From: an uncultured virus (IMG/VR IMGVR_UViG_2061766007_000328)
Taxonomy: Duplodnaviria; Heunggongvirae; Uroviricota; Caudoviricetes; Crassvirales
Virus record (IMG/VR): IMGVR_UViG_2061766007_000328
Direction: 5' to 3' (one strand)
Length of the DNA stretch: 38,331 nucleotides
Shown here: positions 28,418-38,331 of the stretch, piece after piece
Position numbering within the stretch: the stretch's first letter is position 1
Layout of the letters: each line of letters starts with the position of its first letter
Program-made: the position numbers and the translations under genes
The notes under the pieces: model-generated
Database searches by the model: none
What the model was told of the DNA's origin: nothing
The model's input: the letters and a program-made list of their open reading frames with translations, nothing else

Positions 28418-29899
28418 TTAATGTACCCAGTGTGAACTGACTTCGCAGTCTGCTGGTATTGGTAACCTTTTGTAATACTTTGCCGCTGCTTTCTCCATTA
28501 TGTTTTGAACAACTTTGGAGAAAGACTCAGCCAATTCTTTTGGGCACTCGCAGTCAAGCTCATCATGTACAAACACACAGAACAGAACCCTGCCGAACAG
28601 ATTATTCTTGACAACCCATTCGAACAGATCCGCCGCTGCCTGTTTCATTACTATTGCACTGCCCCCCTGTATGGGATAGTTCAGCACGTTCTTCTCGAAC
28701 CAGTCGTGCCCCATGGAGATGTGCTTTCTGACCATCTGGGCAACTTCGTCATCAGTGCCTTTATGGTAAAGCTTATAATCATCCCAGAACTTCCTGTCGA
28801 ACCTGTCCTCAGTGGCCTTCCAATAAGCCCATTCTGGCCAGTATATACGATGCCCGGTTTGTTTGTTAATGACTATATATCCATGCTCCTTAAGGAACTT
28901 TCCAGCCTGTTTCTTGAACTTTGCCATGCCTGGCATACCTTTGAGTATACCAGTTACCATAGCCCTTGCCTTGTCCACAGGAAGGCCTATTGATGTGGCG
29001 ATAGAAGTTCCGTCAGAACCGTATCCGACAGCAAATTCTGCAGACTTTGCTTTCTGCCTCAGGTCTGGTCTGAGCTTCTTAACATCACGGACATCAACAT
29101 CCTTGAGTTCGTCAGGAAAACAAAGTTTGGCATAGAGGTTATGGGTATCTATGCCGTTGGCGAATGAGTCAAGCAAAGTTTTCTCGTTCCACACATCAGC
29201 TTGGACACGGGATTCCTCTGCAGCATAGTCGACGGATACGAAGACATTGTTATCCTCCGCTACAAAGCACCCTCTGGTCTCCGCATCCTTGGGAAGATTC
29301 TGGAGATTGCAGTAAGACACGTCGCTATCAGGAAGTCCTTTGAGTTTTGCAAGGTCCCTGTTGAAGCTCTTGCTCTCTCCTGAGGACATCCTACCAGTTA
29401 CGGTCCCGAATTGCCTGAACACCGTGTGCAATCTTCCGGTATTGGGATTAATCTGGTTGAGATGACCTTGTCCGTAAGACGACACACATTTTGAAGCCTC
29501 CTTATACTTGAAGTATATATCCAGGAAATCATCAGCTATTCCTTTCTGGGTGGCGATAAGTTTTTCAAGAGCGGAGTCTTTCTCTTTCTTGGTCTTCTTA
29601 TCCTTTGTCTTGGTATCGAAACCCAGTTTCTGCAGAACTGGTACAACCTGTTTGGGACTGTTCCAGTCAACGCAGCATCTTGGTGTCATTGTGACATCAG
29701 GATCTTCGAACAAACTGAGTTCAGTACAGGTGACAGTGAACGCATCAGATAGGGAAGTGTGGGTTTGGACATAGGAATTAAGCTTGTCAAGATAGGTATC
29801 AAGATTAGCCTTATCCTTGCTCATCTTTGCCTTCCACTTCTTCTCATCGAGTTTGATACCGCACCACTCAAGATAAGCTATAGCCGGTACGAATCTGTT
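28418..29899 (-). CDS. polA: Family A DNA polymerase, polymerase domain
   Basis: TGRMSS, NLQNLP, motif A DYAAEESR, motif B RQKAKSAEFAVGYG, NYPIQG, motif C VHDE. Confidence 0.92.
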   Translation of the reverse strand, partial: NRFVPAIAYLEWCGIKLDEKKWKAKMSKDKANLDTYLDKLNSYVQTHTSLSDAFTVTCTELSLFEDPDVTMTPRCCVDWNSPKQVVPVLQKLGFDTKTKDKKTKKEKDSALEKLIATQKGIADDFLDIYFKYKEASKCVSSYGQGHLNQINPNTGRLHTVFRQFGTVTGRMSSGESKSFNRDLAKLKGLPDSDVSYCNLQNLPKDAETRGCFVAEDNNVFVSVDYAAEESRVQADVWNEKTLLDSFANGIDTHNLYAKLCFPDELKDVDVRDVKKLRPDLRQKAKSAEFAVGYGSDGTSIATSIGLPVDKARAMVTGILKGMPGMAKFKKQAGKFLKEHGYIVINKQTGHRIYWPEWAYWKATEDRFDRKFWDDYKLYHKGTDDEVAQMVRKHISMGHDWFEKNVLNYPIQGGSAIVMKQAAADLFEWVVKNNLFGRVLFCVFVHDELDCECPKELAESFSKVVQNIMEKAAAKYYKRLPIPADCEVSSHWVH

Positions 29900-29909
29900 N
29901 NNNNNNNNN

Positions 29910-30308
29910 CTTACTGGCTATATCCTTCTGGAACGACTTGTCAAGCTCGATGCCGGTATATCTGTACAAGACATCATGAAGATTATATGTAACCTTTCCT
30001 GCCTTGTATCCGAGATACAGCAACTGCTCGCATATCATGGTATCGTACACATGAAGCGGGGCTATGTGGAAGTTATACAGGAACTCCAGGTCAAACTTAA
30101 GGTTATGACCTATAAGATGCGATGCTTCTATCGTTCTTCTGTACAGCAACGGATCTATGCTGCCACAGTCAACGACTATCTGAGTGTTCTTACCAGTCTG
30201 AAAGTCGTGATAACCGAACTGCATGGACGCAAGACTGCACACGTGCGGGTCCAGGCCCGTGGTCTCAGTATCAAACTGTACCACAGGCCAACTGCTGATA
30301 AGCGAGAT
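29910..30308 (-). CDS. polA: Variant fragment of PolA 3'-5' exonuclease domain
   Basis: Near-identical to about 30615-31015. Confidence 0.75.
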
Positions 30309-30318
30309 NNNNNNNNNN

Positions 30319-31089
30319 GGTGCAAGTGACAGTAAACGCATCAGATAGGGAAGTGTGGGTCTGGACATAGGAATTAAGCTTGTCAAGGTAGGTGTCAAGA
30401 TTAGCCTTATCCTTGCTCATCTTTGCCTTCCACTTCTTCTCGTCTAGTTTGATACCGCACCACTCAAGATAAGCTATAGCCGGTACGAATCTGTTCTCAA
30501 CCGTAAAGGCATTCAAACAGTCCCTGTCTTTTGCTATGAGCATCTGTGACCTCCGTATATCTTGAAGATGCACGACGTCGTTTGCGGCATAGCGTATTCC
30601 TTCGGGAGTGAGTCCTTTACTGGCTATGTCCTTCTGGAACGACTTGTCAAGCTCGATTCCGGTATATCTGTACAATACATCATGAAGATTGTATGTAACC
30701 TTTCCCGCCCTGTATCCGAGATACAGCAACTGCTCGCATATCATGGTATCGTACACATGAAGCGGTGCTATGTGGAAGTTATACAGAAACTCCAGGTCAA
30801 ACTTAAGGTTATGTCCTATAAGATGCGATGCTTCTATCGTCCTCCTGTACAGCAACGGGTCTATGCTGCCGCAATCAACGACTATCTGGGTGTTCTCACC
30901 AGTTTGGAAGTCGTGATAGCCGAACTGCATGGACGCAAGACTGCACACATGCGGGTCCAGGCCAGTGGTCTCAGTATCAAACTGTACCACAGGCCAACTG
31001 CTGATAAGCGAGATGCTGTCTTCCACGGACAACTTCTGTACGTCGTTCATGGAAGAAACATCTATTTTGTCGCTTACAAGATAAATCAT
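30319..31089 (-). CDS. polA: PolA N-terminal 3'-5' exonuclease domain
   Basis: DTETTG, GHNLKFD, YDTM, YAANDV; 3' end overlaps sequence at 29730-29899. Confidence 0.9.
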
Positions 31090-31171
31090 ATCGTCATCGT
31101 CACTGTTCTTTTCTCGTNNNNNNNNNNTAAAGCCTCGTTGTATAGTTTCTCGTACTTGTCCATAACTAATT

Positions 31172-31450
31172 CTATTTATAAAACACCTTTGCTACTTTAT
31201 TAGGAATTGTAAAATCTTTTACTTCTTCCCAGTAGAAATACATGTCGTTAGTTGGTATGTTAGCAATACACATAGACATCACCATTGCTTCACTGTCTGT
31301 GACGCATCCAAAGTCTACAGGTGTTCCATCTTCATTTACCCATAGTTGACCGTCCCAGACATTTTCAAACTTAGCATAGATTGATTTTTCGTAAGTATAA
31401 CCATCGTTACCATCATATACTATTTTGTACTTTTTAATACAGAAACTCAT
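31172..31450 (-). CDS. Strain-variable hypothetical protein
   Basis: 92-aa ORF absent from the equivalent junction at 27870-27873. Confidence 0.7.
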   Translation of the reverse strand: MSFCIKKYKIVYDGNDGYTYEKSIYAKFENVWDGQLWVNEDGTPVDFGCVTDSEAMVMSMCIANIPTNDMYFYWEEVKDFTIPNKVAKVFYK

Positions 31451-31626
31451 AATTAATCCTTTTTACAAGTTCCAGATGTAGTGGATATACCTATGTCTCC
31501 TCCAGTTCTTGGGCAGTTGATGCAGTCCCTCATAGGATTGGTACATACTCCTCCNNNNNNNNNNTACTGACAACTTCTGTACGTCGTTCATAGAAGAAAC
31601 ATCTATTCTGTCGCTTACAAGATAAA

Positions 31627-32162
31627 TCATATCGTCATCGTCACTGTTCTTTTCTCGTAGTCTATTACAACGTCATACTTTGCAAGGAAATCCGAGCCTA
31701 GAATGAGAGCCACGGTACAGTTATAGTTACGGTAAAGTTCGAAATGCTCAGTCACCGAGGACATATCGAACTCATAGCCGGAAACCATAAACACCTGGTC
31801 ACCGATTGTGGTCTCAACATTCAACTGGGATATATTGTTCTTCTTGTNNNNNNNNNNATCACTGAGGACATGTCGAACTCATAGCCGGAAACCATAAACA
31901 CCTTGTCACCGATTGTGGTCTCAACATTCAACTGGGATATATTGTTCTTCTTGTAATCACCGATTCCTGTGAAGTCAGCAGTGAGGTCTTCCTCAACCAC
32001 GGATACCCCGGGCAACTCAATCATACCCTCGCTTGCGAGGGTAGATTCAGCACCCGTATCAATGATTGCGTTCGTATCAATCCCTCCTACCTTCACAGCT
32101 ATCATAGGAATGCCGGAATTGCAATCAACAAACGGCACGGTTATCTTGGTATTATGCTCCAT
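31627..32162 (-). CDS. Retropepsin-like aspartyl protease (gap with duplicated overlap)
   Basis: AIIDTGAESTL and LILGSDFLAKYDVVIDY. Confidence 0.85.
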
Positions 32163-33174
32163 TTGTCGTTTTCTTGCTTAGTTTGACCATGTTGGAATAG
32201 AACATGTTGAATCCCATCCACGGGATGTTGAACTTCTTGATTTTCTTGAGCAGGACATCCATATCAGTGAACTTGACATCTTTCATGTTGAGAATCATAT
32301 CAAGCAATGCCTGCCCCATTGCATAATCATCGTTGGATATAGGGTCCTTCGATATGGAAAGAATCCTCTTGGTGGCTTTATCGTACCTGCTTCTGGTGCT
32401 AATCAGTTCCTCTCCTGAAGTCCTCCTTGCGTTACGGAATACCATATTCAGAAGAGTCATAGTGCCCGGGTACAGGTCTATGTTCATCTGCTCGAGGGCT
32501 TTTACCTGTATAGCCAGTTTCTTCACCGTTTCTCCGTCAACAGGCTCTGTTCCCAACTTGTATATGATATACAGCGTGTCTGGAGTGAGCACATTGTCGG
32601 TAGTAAGGTCCAACTGGTTGTAGGACACTGAAGGCTTTTTGAGAACACCATCCAAGAGTCCGAAGAAAGGCGCCTCGTTAATGTTCTTCCTCAGCCTGAA
32701 CAGGTGAACGTAATACGACACCGGCTCTATCACGACACAGTCGTCATACATTATCGGTATATGCGGAACATAGGTCTGCAGCACATCTGCCAGATCCTTA
32801 CGAGTCATCTTCGGACCCTCGGAGTTTACATAAGCAACCTTTGCCGGAGGATACAGGACTATCTGGTATACGGAACAATAGGCGGAAACATCCTGCGATG
32901 AGAATACATTGTATTCTGCCGTGTCGTACCCTCTCTTAATCGTATAACTGTTCCTTATGGTGGCAACAGGAAGGGCACAATCCTGAATGACATTCAAAGA
33001 GGCGCCCTTCTTCGGTTTGAGAGTAGTATCAACCAGACAATCTATATTGCGGAACTTCTCAGCCACGCTTCTGTCAAACGCATATTCAGCGCCGTCGAAG
33101 AGATAGTCCAATTTCTTACCGAACAGTGTGTAACCATAATAATCCACACCGTCTTTGGATACGTATAGTTTCAT
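32152..33174 (-). CDS. Hypothetical protein, paralogous to the 35917..36411 plus 34741..35313 protein
   Basis: 340-aa ORF; shared motif blocks. Confidence 0.7.
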   Translation of the reverse strand: MKLYVSKDGVDYYGYTLFGKKLDYLFDGAEYAFDRSVAEKFRNIDCLVDTTLKPKKGASLNVIQDCALPVATIRNSYTIKRGYDTAEYNVFSSQDVSAYCSVYQIVLYPPAKVAYVNSEGPKMTRKDLADVLQTYVPHIPIMYDDCVVIEPVSYYVHLFRLRKNINEAPFFGLLDGVLKKPSVSYNQLDLTTDNVLTPDTLYIIYKLGTEPVDGETVKKLAIQVKALEQMNIDLYPGTMTLLNMVFRNARRTSGEELISTRSRYDKATKRILSISKDPISNDDYAMGQALLDMILNMKDVKFTDMDVLLKKIKKFNIPWMGFNMFYSNMVKLSKKTTNGA

Positions 33175-33671
33175 TACTTCGAGTTTAGTATTGAGATAAG
33201 GTCATTAGCCTCATCAGTGAGAATACCCTTGGGAACAACAGCTTTGGCGGCTTCGTAGTCAAGAATCTCGGAAAGGAGTTCCTTCCATCCCTTGTACTTG
33301 TATTCCTTGAACGAGAAGCCGTCAATCTGGTCCTCTGAGCACGGGTCGTAGACATAGGACACAGGCTGCATGTCAGTACGACTGATGTCGCAGAAGACAT
33401 AAGGCAGGATAGTATAATCCTTATACTCATCATGCGCGTTGAGGACAATCCTCAGGATATTGGTATATAACGACGCCTGTATATCATACCTGAACTTGAC
33501 GAAATTCTCCACGAAATCGTATGCAGGCATAGCACTTGTCTTCACATCAATAGGCTGGATAGTCTTTTCATTGTGGTCTACGACAAGCTTATCCGGCATG
33601 CATTTTACAGACACAACCCTACCGTCTGTGAGCTTTGCCTTGGCAGCAAACTTTAACTGGTAGAGATGTTC
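33174..33671 (-). CDS. PD-(D/E)XK exonuclease, C-terminal part
   Basis: VKCMPDKLVVD...PIDVKTS...YDIQASLY. Confidence 0.8.
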   Translation of the reverse strand, partial: EHLYQLKFAAKAKLTDGRVVSVKCMPDKLVVDHNEKTIQPIDVKTSAMPAYDFVENFVKFRYDIQASLYTNILRIVLNAHDEYKDYTILPYVFCDISRTDMQPVSYVYDPCSEDQIDGFSFKEYKYKGWKELLSEILDYEAAKAVVPKGILTDEANDLISILNSK

Positions 33672-33948
33672 NNNNNNNNNNCGTACGCAGGCATCGCACT
33701 CGTCTTCACATCAATGGGCTGGATAGTCTTTTCATTGTGGTCTACGACAAGCTTATCCGGCATACATTTTACAGACACAACTCTGCCGTCTGTGAGCTTT
33801 GCCTTGGCAGCAAACTTTAACTGGTAGAGATGTTCNNNNNNNNNNTCAAATCAAAGGGCTTGTTAGTCATCTTGGAAAGAGTATCCAAGACATTCTTCTC
33901 TGCCGGTGGAGGTACTGTATCCAAAACTACATACCTGTNNNNNNNNNN

Positions 33949-34476
33949 TATTCCAGAAGATGTTGAAGTCCACAGCGATTTGATGTAAGGATTTTCAAGG
34001 AAAGCACCAGCCATAGCGACGGCATCGTTCATGTCCGTAGAACTGACAATCTTCTTACCTTCACTGAGAGTATTGTAGTAATCCTTATATGCACTCAGTT
34101 TCACCAGTTGAGTCTCATACTTGAGCCTGCCTTGGTAACTGCACTGTGCAATTGCCTCCTGTATCGTAGCATCAGGAACCAAATCAAAGGACTTGTCAGT
34201 CATCTTGGAAAGAGTATCCAGGACATTCTTCTCTGCCGGTGGAGGTACTGTATCCAAAACTACATACCTGTCACTAACATGGTCAGCGTCGGTGATAAGG
34301 CAGTCAAACAGAGAGCCGAATTCCATTGAAGGTGTGGGAGTTACGCTCTCATGTATAGTTGCTATGGAGGAGAATCCCTCCTTGGCATATCTTGATATGG
34401 TAGAATACGACCACGCAGGATAAGCATGGTACTGCTCTTCGGTAAGCTTTAGCGAGTAGTCTTTAAGGGATTTCAT
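33949..34476 (-). CDS. PD-(D/E)XK exonuclease (RecE/DUF3799-like), N-terminal part
   Basis: YHAYPAWSYSTI...TPSMEFGSLFDCLIT. Confidence 0.75.
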
Positions 34477-34495
34477 CTGTTAATGTGTTAAAAGA

Positions 34496-34650
34496 AAAGG
34501 GAAAAGGTTTTAGAGAACTGAATCAAGCATTGAAATAGAAAGTGTATTGAGTAAGTTTCCCTGAATATGGTATGTGCTATAAGCAATTAGTTAGTGGCAG
34601 AACGCCTTATGTTCTCTTGTCGGACAACAGAACGACTGCCTTTTCCCTTT
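34496..34650 (-). ncRNA. Candidate ncRNA or structured leader
   Basis: Perfect 12-bp terminal stem, U-rich tail, promoter directly upstream. Confidence 0.45.
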
Positions 34651-34691
34651 ATCTATAAAAAATACATTTGCCATAAGTGATTCACCTACAG

Positions 34692-34722
34692 CAAATGTAA
34701 CAAAAATGTTATAAATCTGCAA
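34692..34722 (-). promoter_or_regulatory. Bacteroidota-type promoter with overlapping operator
   Basis: TTGC-N19-TACATTTG on minus strand; TGTAACA-aaaa-TGTTATA at 34696-34713. Confidence 0.6.
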
Positions 34723-34740
34723 TACCCAGCAAAAAATATT

Positions 34741-35313
34741 TTACATATTATTTGCAGCGTTTATCAGAACATTGAAGTTAGTGGGTTCAGAGATGTAATA
34801 CGGCTTCACCTGGATGCGAGATGGAATATCAGACACGTTAGCGGAATGGCCCTTAATCAAACCACCTGTTTCGGGAAGACCAAGATCATACAACTTGCAT
34901 TTCTGCAGCATGTTCCAATCGTCAGGTTCCACTACGCGATTGTATGTACCTCCTTTATCGCACAGGTCAAAGAATCCTATCTGTTTCAGTATATATTTCT
35001 GTGAGTCATTTACATAATGCCTTATGTTGCATTTATGCTGCCACAGATAATACGCAAGTGTAATAGGATACTTATTATAGTCACATTGGGCAAGAGCACA
35101 GGCAACTACATGATAATCCTTACACTTGCTCCATACTGAAAACAGTTCTGGAGTTACCTCTATGCTTGGTACAAGAGCTACATCCTTCTCAAAGCCGAAC
35201 TTTCTATCTGTATCAGACTTTTCCCACAGCAACTTGTAGTCAGGACACTTGAATATGGAATACATATCCTGCGTATGAAGGTCGGCTTCATTGATAAACT
35301 GCAAGTCAGATTT
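34741..35313 (-). CDS. C-terminal part of hypothetical protein beginning at 36411
   Basis: Open from gap; same strand; motif order parallels 32152..33174. Confidence 0.6.
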   Translation of the reverse strand, partial: KSDLQFINEADLHTQDMYSIFKCPDYKLLWEKSDTDRKFGFEKDVALVPSIEVTPELFSVWSKCKDYHVVACALAQCDYNKYPITLAYYLWQHKCNIRHYVNDSQKYILKQIGFFDLCDKGGTYNRVVEPDDWNMLQKCKLYDLGLPETGGLIKGHSANVSDIPSRIQVKPYYISEPTNFNVLINAANNM

Positions 35314-35323
35314 NNNNNNNNNN

Positions 35324-35713
35324 CCTTTCCTTGCTGAAACATGAGGTGCTTCATCTCGCCTTCAACCACTTCACTCTGTTTGACAATACTGGAATATCTC
35401 ATAAGGAGCGTCACATTCGTAATTGTGCAGAAGACCTTGAGGTAAACAGCTATCTTGACAGGAGCAAGATACAGAAGGAGGCGGGCGGAGTATTTGCTGA
35501 AGATTTAGGACTCGAGAAACGTCTCGGAACCCGTGAGTATTATAGGATACTCATCGGTAATGACCAACAGCAGCAACAGCAGCAGGCACAACAGCCACAA
35601 CAGGCGTGCAACGGTGGTCAAGGAGGAGGCTCAGGAAGTTCTGGTGATTCTGGAGATAACCATCAGCAGGATCAGAACCAACAGCAAAACCAGAATCAGA
35701 ATCCACCCCAGAA
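35324..35713 (+). CDS. DUF2201-like metallopeptidase middle fragment (HExxH) with Q/G-rich linker
   Basis: LLKHEVLHLAFNH...NCAEDLEVN. Confidence 0.8.
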
Positions 35714-35916
35714 NNNNNNNNNNCTGCCAGCTGCTGAGCTTCATGTTATGGATATTATCCAGAATCACGCTGTAATCCTCGGGCTTCAAGTTCTCATAGA
35801 GTTCGTCTGAAAGCTTGAAGAGGTAGACACGCTCCATAGGTGTAACAACGCCCACATTAAAGGAGAACGATGCCAACTCTTTCATGTCAGGAAGCAGGAC
35901 AAAACTNNNNNNNNNN

Positions 35917-36411
35917 TTGCCAGCTGCTGAACTTCATGTTATGGATATTATCCAGAATCACGTTGTAATCTTCAGGCTTCAAGTTCTCATAGAGTTCATT
36001 TGAAAGAGTAAAGAGGTAGATACGCTCCATAGGTGTAACAATACCCACGTTAAAGGAGAACGATGCCAACTCTTTCATGTCAGGAAGCAGGACAAAACTT
36101 GCATTATCCATGTTCCTGACAATATGGAATCCGCTGTTTCTCAAGGTATCCCTGGAAGTTCTGCATTCTGGAGATACATACACAAACGGAAATTTTGAAG
36201 ATGCTATCCTCTCGTAGCTGTTGAGCATGTCCGCAGAATCTGCAGGGTTTGCTATTCCGTGGGATGGACCATAGGCAAGACCTGATACAAGGTATTTACC
36301 CCTGTACAAGGTCTTATCTACGGAATAGTTACTGGAAATACGTGGGTTTCCACGATAATCCACCTCATAGGTACAAGTCTCCAAATATGTTGGAGTAAAA
36401 AACTGAACCAT
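35917..36411 (-). CDS. N-terminal part of hypothetical protein (variant fragment at 35724-35906)
   Basis: TAATG-coupled to AAA C-terminal fragment. Confidence 0.65.
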
Positions 36412-36692
36412 TAGGATACTACATTAGCAATCTTGGGATTGGACATCAGCTTATAGGTCTGGCGCTTGTTGTCGGAGATAATCTCCTTAATCATGTGATA
36501 AAACAGGTCCTTGTTAAACAGAACCTTTCCGCCTTTCTTGTCTGCGTCAAGGAAATCAATGATTCTCTTCTCTACCTTGGCGATAGGGGTCTTATCCTCT
36601 GACTTGAGCCACGCTGCCACATAGTTGACGAAACGCCTCTCGAGCAAGCTTGCGATGTCTGGACGATACTGTCCGGTGGAATCATACAGAGC
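36411..36692 (-). CDS. Probable C-terminus of the MoxR-like AAA ATPase (inverted contig)
   Basis: ALYDSTGQYRPDIASLLERRFVNY...; no own start; ATPase at window end lacks its C-terminus. Confidence 0.5.
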   Translation of the reverse strand, partial: ALYDSTGQYRPDIASLLERRFVNYVAAWLKSEDKTPIAKVEKRIIDFLDADKKGGKVLFNKDLFYHMIKEIISDNKRQTYKLMSNPKIANVVS

Positions 36693-36702
36693 NNNNNNNN
36701 NN

Positions 36703-36949
36703 CTTCTACCGTAAACCTAACGAGACACTTCATGGTGGAGGAGGAACCAGCTTCCAGCCACCGATTGATTTGTATTTGAAGCATCAGAGGGAATATGATG
36801 CCCTCGTATATTTTACCGACGGATATGCAGGTATACCGAAGAATACTCCGAAGGATACCCTGTGGGTTATCTCTTCAGAAGGAGACAAGAATAGAGATAA
36901 GTATCGTGTAAACGGTGCATCAGTAGTATTTATACCAAGTAAAAAGTAG
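36703..36949 (+). CDS. vWA C-terminal fragment of DUF2201-like protein
   Basis: GGGGTSFQP...LVYFTDGY...LWVIS. Confidence 0.8.
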
Positions 36950-37213
36950 ATGGATACACTTTTAGAGTTTCTTCAGGATTGTCAGAAAAAGGCCCTGAGC
37001 AAAGGAATTGATTGTTCTGTTGACATTTGTTTCAACAGTAAGAAAGAGGCTGTCGGAAACATCAAGATGATGTATGTATCGACAACTGGTATACAGGAGT
37101 CGTTCCTGTTTGAGACAACTGTCAGCGAGTCTTTCACCTCCTCCACGAATTCGGGGCGGATTAACAGAGCGTATCATTTTATTTCCAGTATAACAGATTA
37201 TAAAGAAGAATAG
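36950..37213 (+). CDS. Hypothetical protein
   Basis: 87-aa ORF between vWA and ATPase genes. Confidence 0.65.
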   Translation: MDTLLEFLQDCQKKALSKGIDCSVDICFNSKKEAVGNIKMMYVSTTGIQESFLFETTVSESFTSSTNSGRINRAYHFISSITDYKEE

Positions 37214-37218
37214 TAAAT

Positions 37219-38331
37219 ATGGGACTTAGTGCAAAACAAGCGAAAGAGCTTATCAACTATACCATTGACAACAACAAGACTCTTGAGGAGAATGGCGGAA
37301 GACCTATCTCAATATGTCTTGAGGGTGGCGCAGGTATAGGAAAGACCTCATTGGCTCAGCAGGTTGCTGAGGAGCGTGGGATGACATTCACCAAACTTAG
37401 TCTGCATGAGCTTGAGGAGGCTGGTGACCTCGTCGGTTTCCCTCAGATNNNNNNNNNNCGGCGCAGGTATAGGAAAGACCTCGTTGGCTCAGCAGGTTGC
37501 TGAGGAGCGTGGAATGACATTCACCAAACTCAGTCTGCATGAGCTTGAGGAGGCTGGTGACCTCGTCGGTTTCCCTCAGATGGAGTATGAGTGTCAGGTA
37601 GCCAAGGCTGTAAGGGATGCTGACGGTAACGTGAAGACGAAGATTCTTCCCGGCACTGTCTGGCTCAATGGTAAGCAGCTTGACAACCAGCCCAAGGGAA
37701 CTATGGTCAAGCAGACCGGTAAGACTCGTATGGCTTATGCAAAGCCTGCATGGGTTCCTGAGTATAATGAGAATGGCTGTCTGTTCCTGCTGGATGACTT
37801 CGGCAGGTGTAACCAGCAGCTTTCCCAGGCCGTGATGGAGCTCATTCTTACACAGGGATATGTGTCTTGGAAGCTTCCCAAGAAGACCAGCATCATCCTG
37901 ACTTCCAACCCGGATAACGGACAGTACAATGTGAATTCCATGGATGCTGCCCAGAGAACACGATTCCTTACCTTCAATCTCGATTTCGACATCAATTCAT
38001 GGATGGCATGGGCAGAGAAGGAAGGCGTTGACGGGCGATGCATCAACTTCGTTGCCTCGTACTACAATGAGTTGTTCAACGAGGACGACGAGGGTAACAG
38101 CATTTGTAACCCTCGAAGCTTCGTTATGTTCTCCAACATGATTTCCGGTGTGAAGGATTGGGATTCTGCTGACAGCCTGTCCTTTATTACCATGATTTCC
38201 AAGGGTTGCTTCAAGGATGATGGCGACCGCTTCTCCAAGATGTTCAACATGTTCATCAGGAATAAGATGCATCTTCTTCCCCAGCCGAAGAACATGCTTC
38301 TTGATGACTGGACAAAGGAAAGGCCTGTTCT
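37219..38331 (+). CDS. MoxR/AAA_5-like ATPase (gap with duplicated overlap; runs off window)
   Basis: GGAGIGKT, GDLVGFP, LFLLDDFGR, LTSNP, MDAAQRTRF, NPRS; frame from 37460 is open to window end. Confidence 0.88.

Noticed and set aside
28418..31089. Split or duplicated polA suggesting an intron, intein or tandem duplication
   Set aside because: Breaks coincide with 10-N gaps and the fragments overlap in sequence; assembly bubbles.
24668..36702. Strand switches as biological invertible segments
   Set aside because: Each switch falls at an N gap and splits a gene; no invertase or flanking inverted repeats are seen.

Overview
The window is part of a crAss-like (Crassvirales-type) Bacteroidota phage genome. 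It appears to be assembled from a mixed population: many segments occur twice as near-identical variants separated by 10-N gaps, some inverted, so gene order across gaps is unreliable and most apparent duplications are strain bubbles. The virion/late block holds a 1407-aa multidomain protein with a C-terminal GH24 lysozyme, plus a Zn-ribbon, a wHTH, an IHF/HU-like and a GroES-like protein and BACON-like fragments. A divergent non-coding junction and an AT-rich origin-like region follow. The early genes include a coiled-coil protein, an ADP-ribosylglycohydrolase, tRNA-Ile2(CAT) and a ParB-like protein. The replication module comprises a DnaB-like helicase, an AAA_24 ATPase, an SSB-like protein, primase, family A DNA polymerase and a PD-(D/E)XK nuclease. 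There is also a MoxR AAA plus HExxH/vWA module, a retropepsin-like protease and a hypervariable array of small genes. The standard genetic code fits. The main unexplained signals are: (1) a G-U-supported structured ncRNA between the coiled-coil gene and the ADP-ribosylhydrolase, with a second similarly built RNA under its own promoter; (2) a polyprotein whose modules, including an ART-like domain, are delimited by xxGG motifs; (3) a palindromic operator TGWAACA-N4-TGTTWYA overlapping three host-type promoters; and (4) precise gene-cassette indels between strain variants. All family assignments come from reading motifs by eye, not from database searches.
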